Under the pieces are notes generated by a model. That model searched no databases and was not told the DNA's origin. It saw only the letters and a list, made by a program, of their open reading frames with translations. The position numbers and the translations under genes were made by a program. Below are positions 48,863 to 58,200 of a stretch of 64,000 bases of DNA, in pieces. This DNA comes from an uncultured bacterium (GTDB taxonomy: Bacteria > Hydrothermota > UBA3072). Every line of letters starts with the position of its first letter. Position 1 is the stretch's first letter. Location of the stretch: NCBI GenBank assembly GCA_964525555.1, contig CAZGHN010000006.1, positions 74,805-138,804 of the forward strand. The letters are read 5' to 3'.

Positions 48863-50383
48863 TCACAATGGAGAAATATAAGGTTCAGGCTCGAAAGACT
48901 CAAAAATCGCTTGCGGTGGATCTTTCATTACTTCGCAATCCTCAGGCGTCTCTTCTGAATCATTCTTTTCGAGTTCATCAATTTGACCTGTTAAATCTTT
49001 CATATCATCATTTGATAACCTTATACACCCATTGGTAGCCCTCAGTTCTTCTGTAGCCTCGGAGAGTTTTCCTCCATGGATTCTAAATAAATCACGATTA
49101 GACTTCTTTGCTTCGCCTGATTTTGGGTCAAGAAGTATTTTTCCGTTAGGACCAAAAGAGCTTAATTTTTTCCCTGTCAATTTCGATGTACTTTGTCTTC
49201 CTGTTATGTCGTAAGTTCCGTAAGGGGTATCTCCATTTTCAGCCATCCTGTCTCTATGATTTCCTCTCCCTAAGGCATCCCAGCTTTTAACAACAATTCC
49301 CTGTCTATTGCGTAAGTATAACCTACCAGTCGTACTACGGTCGTCAGAAAAAGCAACATCTATAGACCATAAACCATTCGGGTCTACACGCGTAAGTGGC
49401 GCATTTAAACAATACACATAAGGATTCAGTTCCTGTGGGTTAGCTAACTTCAATCCTCCAGGCATCAATGTATGCGGATCGGGGGTCAGGAATCTTCCGA
49501 TACTACTACTATAATACCTCGCACCAAAGTAATTGAATCCAGACTTATCTTTTTCTTTACCGGTGAAATCCCGATTGTCTTCGTTAACACCCGTACTACT
49601 AAGGGCAGTACCGAAACTCTCATAAGATTTTTCCTTCACAATATCATCCTCATCTGTAATCATAATGGGGGAACCCAGTCTGTCAAGATGATAATAATAG
49701 ATGTGTCCGTCTTCATCTTTGGCAAGGAGACGGTTTCCCGCATAGAAATACTTCTTCGGAGGAGTTCGCTCTGAACCCGATTCGCATCGGGCGTTATCCA
49801 CCCATAATTTTCCGCCGCCTAACATTCTTGCTATATGAAACTTAAAATTAGCCGCGCCTGAAGGGATATCTCCAGGATTTATCGTTACTGAAATCTTCAT
49901 CCAGTTATTTGTGCCTGTTATTATAGCCGATGATTTCCCTCCGAAACTCTGGGACCAATCCGCACTCCAGAAATCGACCATTACTTTCACTCCTCCCGAT
50001 AGATTTTGAGTCTTTACCCAGACGGAAGCGGTAAAGGGTTTTTTTACCTCTGATAATGAATTATGCTGTATCATGAGTTCCGTTGTGCCCATAGATTGAA
50101 AGAATGGGGAGTATAGGCAATATTTACCTTCCTGGGATTGCTGGGAGGTCACAGACCAATTAAAATCACCTTCCCATTGTCCCCAGCCCGTCTTATCTCC
50201 TGTTTCAAATCCGGGATTTTCAAGAATATTAGGTGAATCATCATCTTCTAAGATGAGGTTGCCCGCGTTATCATGGAAATAATTAATTATTTCAGTATTC
50301 GAAGTAGGACAGTCGGTGATCTCCTGACGAATTCTCGGATATCCTTTATAGGAATATTTATAATTACACAAATATGTCCCGGA
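48863..50383 (-). CDS. orphan rhs C-terminal cassette (start-less): CBM4/9-like domain, rhs core end, L,D-transpeptidase-fold toxin tip
   Basis: Homology to full-length rhs from YKGYPRIRQEIT onward; YYYHLDRLGSP...DPNGL; tip contains HGG-x17-TNGCIRL (YkuD catalytic signature); only a TTG at 50371, no RBS. Confidence 0.6.
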   Translation of the reverse strand, partial: SGTYLCNYKYSYKGYPRIRQEITDCPTSNTEIINYFHDNAGNLILEDDDSPNILENPGFETGDKTGWGQWEGDFNWSVTSQQSQEGKYCLYSPFFQSMGTTELMIQHNSLSEVKKPFTASVWVKTQNLSGGVKVMVDFWSADWSQSFGGKSSAIITGTNNWMKISVTINPGDIPSGAANFKFHIARMLGGGKLWVDNARCESGSERTPPKKYFYAGNRLLAKDEDGHIYYYHLDRLGSPIMITDEDDIVKEKSYESFGTALSSTGVNEDNRDFTGKEKDKSGFNYFGARYYSSSIGRFLTPDPHTLMPGGLKLANPQELNPYVYCLNAPLTRVDPNGLWSIDVAFSDDRSTTGRLYLRNRQGIVVKSWDALGRGNHRDRMAENGDTPYGTYDITGRQSTSKLTGKKLSSFGPNGKILLDPKSGEAKKSNRDLFRIHGGKLSEATEELRATNGCIRLSNDDMKDLTGQIDELEKNDSEETPEDCEVMKDPPQAIFESFEPEPYISPL

Positions 50384-50405
50384 CTAAAATGTGTAGTTAA
50401 GTGAT

Positions 50406-50726
50406 CTACTCGATTTCTATCTCAATCCCGCCTATTTTTCGGGAAAGGAAATTGTAGAAAAGTCCTCCTAATAATCCAAATAAAAATCCACCAGTACCAT
50501 ACATAATTGGAAATAAAATGAAGCTTACTCTTCTATATATCCAGGATAGTATTGTCCCAGACAGCATAGGAGAATATCTTCCATATTCTGTTCCTATATA
50601 TATGCCTATTATTACGCCTGGAATAAGATAAAGAAAAGCGCAAATCTTCGCTACTGAAAGTACTCCTACTTTTTTTATCTCTACTACCTTTTTACCCTGT
50701 AATTCTTCTTCTTGTAAAGCTATCAT
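50406..50726 (-). CDS. small two-TM membrane protein (candidate immunity protein)
   Basis: 106 aa with two hydrophobic helices; lies between toxin cassettes. Confidence 0.4.
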   Translation of the reverse strand: MIALQEEELQGKKVVEIKKVGVLSVAKICAFLYLIPGVIIGIYIGTEYGRYSPMLSGTILSWIYRRVSFILFPIMYGTGGFLFGLLGGLFYNFLSRKIGGIEIEIE

Positions 50727-50742
50727 TATTTATTATCCCCTG

Positions 50743-51834
50743 TTATTTTTGAGGATACCAGGAGATTTCTCCGCAAGAATAAGCGTGAATCCCTATAATT
50801 TTTCTCTTATTTGTCCCGTTGTTATTCATAACCCAGATTTCAGTATATTTATCATCCTCTATCTCTTCTACAATATATGCGATAAATTTATCATCAGGTG
50901 ATACCATGGGAGAATACTCATATATATCTGGCGAATTTGTCAGGTTCTTTTGGTTTTTACCATCACTATCCATCACAAAAATTTCACTTGGGAAATCTTT
51001 GGTTTCCCTTTTTATACTCCAGTCTATACATCTGCTAAAATAGATTTTCTTGCCGTCATTAGACCAACAAGGATCAAAATCAGGAAGATTATTATTTGTC
51101 AGTCTTTTATATTTTCCGTTCTCTATATTTATTACAAAGATCTCTGAGATAGAAGATTCAAAGGCAGTTCTACTTAGAGAGTCCGGAAGGGTGTAAGGGA
51201 GCCTTGTTTGTTCCGCTTCTAATTGTGTACTAAAAGCAATTTCTTTTTCATCCGGAGAAAGAGCAAAATCACCATAAAAGTTAGCTAATTCAGGACTTAT
51301 TTTCATGGCATTAAAAGAGATTTTGGACTGGACAGTGTCATGAACTATAAACTCATATCCGTCAAGATTAAATATAATCTTTCCTGAAGAAGTAGGTGCT
51401 ATAGAACAAATAATTCCATCTAGGTCTTTATATTTCTCTCTCTCGCTTTTTGGAAGGTTTTCCCAGCATCTAATTATTCTTCTTGTTCCCGTTGTATTCA
51501 TAATATAAATATCTGGATCATCTTGCCAACCCACAATACCATCGTCATATAAACCGGTCTCAAACCTTGTCCCAAGAAATAAAATTCCCGAGCCATCTGG
51601 TAACCAGACAGGATCTTCCAGAGGGTATCTTGTATTAGTTAACTGATATAGAGTATGAGGCGAATCTACTTTAACTGCAAATATCTGGGGATCTTTAATC
51701 GGATTACTGTTTGTATCCGCGGTAAAGAGTATAGTATTTGTGAAATCCACATTAGCCGGCAATTTCTCTACTTCAGCGTTACATCCGGTTAAGATTACAA
51801 TGAAAAGAAAGAAGACATTTATTTTTTTAATCAT
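50743..51834 (-). CDS. PD40/TolB-like beta-propeller lipoprotein (candidate immunity protein)
   Basis: Start at ATG 51834 with RBS GAGGAG, 11 nt after the stop of cassette 51845..53086; lipobox ILTGC; repeated LPDG/SNDG/SPDD motifs. Confidence 0.55.
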   Translation of the reverse strand: MIKKINVFFLFIVILTGCNAEVEKLPANVDFTNTILFTADTNSNPIKDPQIFAVKVDSPHTLYQLTNTRYPLEDPVWLPDGSGILFLGTRFETGLYDDGIVGWQDDPDIYIMNTTGTRRIIRCWENLPKSEREKYKDLDGIICSIAPTSSGKIIFNLDGYEFIVHDTVQSKISFNAMKISPELANFYGDFALSPDEKEIAFSTQLEAEQTRLPYTLPDSLSRTAFESSISEIFVINIENGKYKRLTNNNLPDFDPCWSNDGKKIYFSRCIDWSIKRETKDFPSEIFVMDSDGKNQKNLTNSPDIYEYSPMVSPDDKFIAYIVEEIEDDKYTEIWVMNNNGTNKRKIIGIHAYSCGEISWYPQK

Positions 51835-51844
51835 TATGCTCCTC

Positions 51845-53086
51845 TTACCAGTTTTGAATATCCTGAGGTATGACTTGAATATTTCCGTTATCATAAGACC
51901 CAATTGGACTATAACCACTAACTGCGTTATAATGTTGAAGGAAATCATTATCATATTTGCCTCCACCTCTTTTAATAAGACTCTTCGGATCTTTTCCTCG
52001 ATGTACTTCCTTTACAAATTTTTTCATTCTTGCAAGTTCTATCTCTGCTACCTCTGCTCCGTTCTTCTGGTCTTTATAAACTTTACTAAGATCTAGCCGG
52101 TCGTAACCCTCATAACCTGGCACTATTGCTTCCTCATGTTTGTGAGCAAACATTCCCATGCAGATTTTATCTATATCCCCTTCGCGGATTGTATTCATAG
52201 TACTAAAAAGGGTAACAATTCCCCAGAAAGCAGTAGTTGGAACGCCGGTAAATGCCGCCCCAGCCCAAAACCAATCTTCACCTGTTACAATTTCTGCGGA
52301 GGGGTAAGGTATCTCTTCAGGAGCTGTGGTTAAAGCTCCTGGGAAACGTCTCCTAAGGGTTAAAAATACACTACCCATTGGTACTATCGAACCAGCTGTT
52401 TCAGCCGTCCCTCGACCCAAAGTTACCCTATATACCATATTATCTGTAGTAGTGCGGAATAGGCCTTTCTTATCCACATAATACAACGGATCATTTGTGC
52501 AATAAACATACGGATTAAATGTTTGCGGGTCCGAAAGTTCCAAATTCCCCGGCATAAGCGTATGCGGATCAGGGGATATAAATCTTCCGGTATTACTACT
52601 ATAATACCTCGCACCAAAGTAATTGAATCCCGACTTATCTTTCTCTTTACCAGTAAACTCCCTATTATCCTCATGAGTCCCACTTGATGAGACCACCGCT
52701 CCAAACCCTTCATACGTTTTATCTTTCACAATATCATCCTCATCTGTAATCATAATGGGGGAACCGAGTCTGTCAAGATGATAATAATAGAGATGACCGT
52801 CTTCTTCTTTGGCAAGGAGACGGTTTCCCGCATAGAAATACTTCTTCGGAGGAGTTCGCTCTGAACCCGATTCGCATCGGGCGTTATCCACCCATAATTT
52901 TCCTGAACCGGATAGTTTTATAAGCATTACCTTAAGGGCTTCTACTTCCCATTCGGGCATATTTCCTTCATCTACCGTTAACAATATCTTTTGCCAGTTG
53001 TTTGTTCCTGTTATTGGATTAGATGTTATAAATTTGTTATGACCGATAGAGAGTAAGAATTGTCCAATGTCGAGATGCGACCCCAA
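51845..53086 (-). CDS. orphan rhs C-terminal cassette (start-less): partial CBM-like domain, rhs core end, unique toxin tip
   Basis: YYYHLDRLGSP...NDPLYYVDKKGL; frame opens after stop at 53087-89 (TTG only); 5' end abuts tandem repeat 53079..53151. Confidence 0.6.
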   Translation of the reverse strand: MGSHLDIGQFLLSIGHNKFITSNPITGTNNWQKILLTVDEGNMPEWEVEALKVMLIKLSGSGKLWVDNARCESGSERTPPKKYFYAGNRLLAKEEDGHLYYYHLDRLGSPIMITDEDDIVKDKTYEGFGAVVSSSGTHEDNREFTGKEKDKSGFNYFGARYYSSNTGRFISPDPHTLMPGNLELSDPQTFNPYVYCTNDPLYYVDKKGLFRTTTDNMVYRVTLGRGTAETAGSIVPMGSVFLTLRRRFPGALTTAPEEIPYPSAEIVTGEDWFWAGAAFTGVPTTAFWGIVTLFSTMNTIREGDIDKICMGMFAHKHEEAIVPGYEGYDRLDLSKVYKDQKNGAEVAEIELARMKKFVKEVHRGKDPKSLIKRGGGKYDNDFLQHYNAVSGYSPIGSYDNGNIQVIPQDIQNW

Positions 53087-53151
53087 TTACACACGACCCC
53101 AATTACACGACCCCAATTACAACCCCAATTACACACGACCCCAATTACACA
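53079..53151. repeat. tandem repeat, about five copies of a 13-16-bp unit GACCCCAATTACAC(AC)
   Basis: Direct reading of 53079-53151, ending in inverted GGGGTC. Confidence 0.8.
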
Positions 53152-53576
53152 AGGGGTCAACTTTATTGTATCCAAATTTAAAAATCACTTTGCTGTGATC
53201 AATATAAAATAATTTGCTGCGATTAATAATCCCCTCCTTAATTTAAGATTCTTTATAATTAAAAAATATGTATTTGAAAATAAATGTCAATAGTGGTATG
53301 CAGGGAATATATCGAACGAAGAATTATAAAAAATAGAAGAGGAATCACCCAGAAATGTTTTTAATATTAATTTAAACAGGAGGTAAAAAAAGATTAATTT
53401 AACCCCACCCCTTGACACTTTTCAAAGAAGGTCTGACCCTGTTGCCCCCACTGTTGCCCCCAGAGAAAAGAACGCACGTTAATCTTGACCCTAGATACAT
53501 AGATACACTCATTATACTCCAGCATCATAATCTTAAACCCTTGATTTTTATTTGTAAACCAATATTATTAAAAGAC

Positions 53577-54755
53577 ATGAAAGAAGTAAATTTAGGAAAG
53601 AGAATAAAAAAACTGTTCCTTTTTCATATAGTATTTCTTGGTGTAATAGTATTTATTTCGTGTTCACGAGAACAAGGAAACAATGCAACAGTGAAAGTTG
53701 AAATTCCAATCGATTCTAAATCTAATATATATGAACTAATTTTAAAAGAAAAAATTGATTTTAGTCATTTAATCAAAAAAGCTGACTCATTATTTGATGT
53801 TGGAGAATATGTTAAAGCCGAATCTCTATATAATAAAGCGCACAATCTTTCGCTGGAATCCGGTAATAAAAAATTAATCGGAGTTACTTTAATTGGTATC
53901 GGAGCGTCTAAAGATAGACAATTTGAATATGAAGAAGCCATTGAGATATTTAACAACACAATGGAATATAAAAGTTTAATGGATAATCCTAGTTTATATC
54001 TATTGTTTTTTAACAAAGGTGTTTCTTTACAAAAAACAGATAAGCTGGAAGGCGCATTAAATTCATATAAGAATGCAATTCTAATAGATTCTAACTTAAC
54101 GGAAGCTTACATTAATCTGGCAAAAATTTACTATAGTGAAAATCAAAAAGATAAAGCATTTAAGGAACTTTCTAAAGCGATTGATTTAGGTTCTAAATAT
54201 TATGATGCTTACTTAGGAAGAGGTATTATCTATCTTAAGAAAGAAGAATATCAGAAAGCTTTAAAAGACCTCAATTTCGCTATAAAGCTGAATCCAAAAT
54301 CTGTTAAAGCCTATAAAGCACGTGGAATGATTTATGGCGATGAAGGAAAGATTGAAAAAGCTTTATCTGACTTTAATAAAGCTATAGAATTGGAACCCAA
54401 AAATTCCGACCTTTATTCTTTAAAAGCGTTTATTTTTTACGAAAAGGAAAGTTACAATAAAGCTCTCCGAAACTTAAATAAAGCAATTGAATTAAATTCT
54501 AATTCTCACAAAGATTACCACCTTAGAGGTATTATTTATGGGAAGAAAGGTAAATATGATCAAGCAATAGATGAATTTACCAAAGCAATCAATTTAGAAC
54601 CCCAAAGTTATGAATCATATTATTTCAGAGGTTTGTCTTACGCTAATAAAGGTAATTATAAAGAAGCAATAACTGATTACAAAAAAACATTAGATTTGAA
54701 TCCAAGATTTGATGAAGCACAGGAAAGGCTAAGAGAATTAAAACAATTTAAGTAA
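53577..54755 (+). CDS. TPR-repeat lipoprotein
   Basis: Start at ATG 53577 (signal/lipobox VFISCS) instead of track TTG 53412; at least eight TPR-like 34-aa repeats. Confidence 0.65.
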   Translation: MKEVNLGKRIKKLFLFHIVFLGVIVFISCSREQGNNATVKVEIPIDSKSNIYELILKEKIDFSHLIKKADSLFDVGEYVKAESLYNKAHNLSLESGNKKLIGVTLIGIGASKDRQFEYEEAIEIFNNTMEYKSLMDNPSLYLLFFNKGVSLQKTDKLEGALNSYKNAILIDSNLTEAYINLAKIYYSENQKDKAFKELSKAIDLGSKYYDAYLGRGIIYLKKEEYQKALKDLNFAIKLNPKSVKAYKARGMIYGDEGKIEKALSDFNKAIELEPKNSDLYSLKAFIFYEKESYNKALRNLNKAIELNSNSHKDYHLRGIIYGKKGKYDQAIDEFTKAINLEPQSYESYYFRGLSYANKGNYKEAITDYKKTLDLNPRFDEAQERLRELKQFK

Positions 54756-54957
54756 GCTTAAAACAAAGAAAATATAAGAAATTATTATAACTTCGATTAT
54801 TTATTAAATATATCAGTAGTTGTAGTTTATATTTGAAGTTTTTCTGTCGTTCTCTCTTTTTATCTCCTCTAAATCATGTTGCAGAAATATAAGACATCTA
54901 ATATAGTTTTTTTAAGTATTTTTTAGTAAAACGAACTACGGCTATCTCCTTTCTAGC

Positions 54958-55233
54958 TTACATTGTTTTAATAAAAACATAAAAAAGAAAAAATCCTATA
55001 CAAACGCAAAGAAAACCCATTACCCTAATGTATATAATATACGATTTGCTTTTCACCCAATCTACATAGGAAGAAATATCAACGTAACGATTCCGATTGA
55101 ATATAGACATATTATATATGGCTAAATTTTGAGTCTTATAGGGGAACAGCAATACTAATACCCCCACACTGATGAGAAAGAAACCGAATAACAGAACCTT
55201 CACATTAACAAGATTTTCTGAACCCATTGGCAC
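54958..55233 (-). CDS. small two-TM membrane protein immediately after rhs (candidate immunity protein)
   Basis: 91 aa, two hydrophobic helices; starts 16 nt after the rhs stop. Confidence 0.45.
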   Translation of the reverse strand: MPMGSENLVNVKVLLFGFFLISVGVLVLLFPYKTQNLAIYNMSIFNRNRYVDISSYVDWVKSKSYIIYIRVMGFLCVCIGFFLFYVFIKTM

Positions 55234-55248
55234 TCTCTCCTTTAAATC

Positions 55249-58200
55249 TTACCACTCAATTTCTTCAAACCTATAAATCTTCCCAGAATCCCAGTAATAA
55301 GTCGCACCTAACATAGGAACATAAACACCACCTTCCGTAGTCCAACCACTTCCAAAGAAATAATCTCCTTGAACGCCAATTATAGAGCCTCCGGCTGTCT
55401 CAATAGACTTTCTGGTCAGGCATTTTGAAAGTTCGTCTTCAGTTGGCGCTCGACGCCATCGGTTCATCTTACACATAGTACCCGCTGACAAACTACCAGA
55501 TAAAGGTATTAAAGATTTTCCCAGCTGTGGGCCATGTCCAAAGTACACATTCCCATACCTATCCAACTTTAAATTTATACTATATCCAATAATAGATCCT
55601 AAATTAATAGTAAGATTAAGATAATCAGGCCATTGTCCTCTCCAAAACTCATTAACAGCTTCTTGCATCGTAGGTCCTTGATAAATACCAAGATAAAAAC
55701 CCAAATAATTGAAAAAATGATACGGATCCATACTTGATGCGGTAACGATAATAGGATCCATTAAAAATATATCATCACCTATTTGGGTCGGTTCCAATCC
55801 CCATGGGTCAAAGAAATTTACTGGATCGTTATGGCAATACACATAAGGATTAAGTGTCTGCGGACGCTCTAAATTCACAAGTAGTGGATACAAGTTAATC
55901 GGATCAGGTGTAAAAAACCTACCGATATCCGCACTGTAATACCTCGCTCCAAAATAATGGAAACCGGTCTTATCTTTTTCTTTCCCAGTGAATTCACGGT
56001 TGTCATTATATGTACCATTGGACCAGCGTAAATTCCCAAACGCCTCATATAATCTTTCTTTTACAACATTACCATCTTCATCTGTTATCATAAGCGGTGA
56101 ACCGAGACGGTCAAGATGATAAAAATGAAGGTCTCCGTCATTTTCAGTCGCAAGAAGACGGTTCCCCGCATAGATATATCTTTTGGGAGCTGTAGTCTCA
56201 CTATCGTCATCCTCGAGAATGAGATTACCCGCGATATCATAGAAGTAATTAAAAATTTCCTTAGTTCCTGCCGGATACTGTGTAATTTTCTGTCTTATTC
56301 GCTGACTCCCTTTGTAATAATAATTGTACACTCTATCGGTTTCCATTGAATTAAGCGAAACAAGATTTCCATCCACATCATAGGTAAGACTGGCATCTTC
56401 CGAGACGCTGGTAAATCCATTTATCCTGCCATTTTCATCGTATGAATAGTTAAATTCACCGTCATTCTTTAACCTGTTGGTTCCGGAATAATAAGTATAA
56501 TTAGTACTATTGACGCTTTTCCTATTTCCGACCGTATCATAGGTGAAAATGAGTGTGTAACCCGGAATATAGGGATAACGACCGTAATAAATATTTTTCT
56601 TATCCTGCGTAAGTCTTCCGAGTTTATCGTATTGGTAAGATTTTACAATATCTCCAGGCCCGTCATCATGCCTGACTTCTTGATACACCTCTCCTCGTTT
56701 ATTGTAGCAAAATTGTGCTATATAGGGGTTGGCGGAAGGAATATTCTTTATTTCCATCCAGTACATCCAATTCCTTGGTCTATATGCAAATGTATCGGTA
56801 ATTCCACCGGGGAAATTTATGCCTCTTAAGAGGCCTGCTGCTGTGGATGAAAGATTGATCGTTTTGTAATCGTTAATTTCTACCGACGAGATATTGCCAA
56901 GTTTATCATATTCATATTCGACTTTGTACTCGTCCGGGTATTCCAGTTTAGTTAATCTTCCCCACAGATCGTAGGAATATTTGAATGTCTGTTCATCTAT
57001 ATCACCAATTAATGGTATTACAAGCTTTTCCCCAAGGTTTCCGAATTTATCGTAAAAATATACTTCCCTTACATTTGGATTTTGGAAACCCGTAAGTCTT
57101 CCTTTTGGAAAATTTAATCCTGAAGGTGCAGTATAAGGTGTACCTTTTATAGTATAGTTATCGTAGAAATATTCCTCCAGTGTATCAGGGAAAAACATGT
57201 AGCTTAATGAATCGTTTGTTATCACAAGGACTGATTTAATTGAATCTAGCCAGTTTTGTGATCCATGTGCAGGATAACCAGGAATAGCGGAATCAGTATG
57301 TTGGATCGCCATCCCACAAATAGTATTCCCAATATAATCCTCGCCTGGGTAAAGAAGAAAAGAATGATCTTGTTGCCAGGTTTTATTAATTGAAGAAAAG
57401 CCTTCTTGAATGGTGAACTCGCTACCAAAAGTATCGGCCGGATTTTCGAAATACACGAATAATGAACATATTCCGAAATAATTAGGAGGGTCAAATACCC
57501 AGGTTTTTGAATTAAATCTTATCCTTATCTCTTCACCTTCATCTTGCATTACATTTGCATCCTCAATGTCCCAGTATAGCCGACCAAGTTCGCGGTGGGG
57601 ATACATCCAGCTTTTACCAGGCACATACAATAAAGTGTCTTCAACCATATAGAATAGTGTATCCGGAGCAGGATCATGTATAGCCGGATTGATTTTGGTT
57701 TTTAATCTACCAAGATTATCATAAGTATAATAGATTGAATCACCGATATTTGTTCTACGAAGCTTTAAATTCCCATCAGGATAATATTCGAATGAATCTA
57801 CGCCTCTGTCAGGACCTTCTCTACGGATTAGTTCACCTAACCAGTTATAGTTAAAATCAGTGAATTTTCCTTCTGCGCCTTCAATTTCTATTAAGTTTCC
57901 GTTTGCGTCGTAATCGTAATAAGTATGATAATCGAGAGCATCTATGACCTCTACCAAGCTGCCTGTTGCATCGTTAATTAATGTGGTATAATATCCTTTC
58001 TCATCTCTTACATCTGTTATATTCCCATTATATTCATAGGTAACAAATTCGGCTCCAGGATCTTCAGAGCTTTTGGGATATTCTATCTCGGTTACTCTTC
58101 CAAGTGCATCGAAAGTCTTTTTTACTGTGTCCGCGTTTGCTGCACTGTTAAACCGTAGTGCTGTTTCCTTATTCATACGCCCATTATTATCATAAAAATA

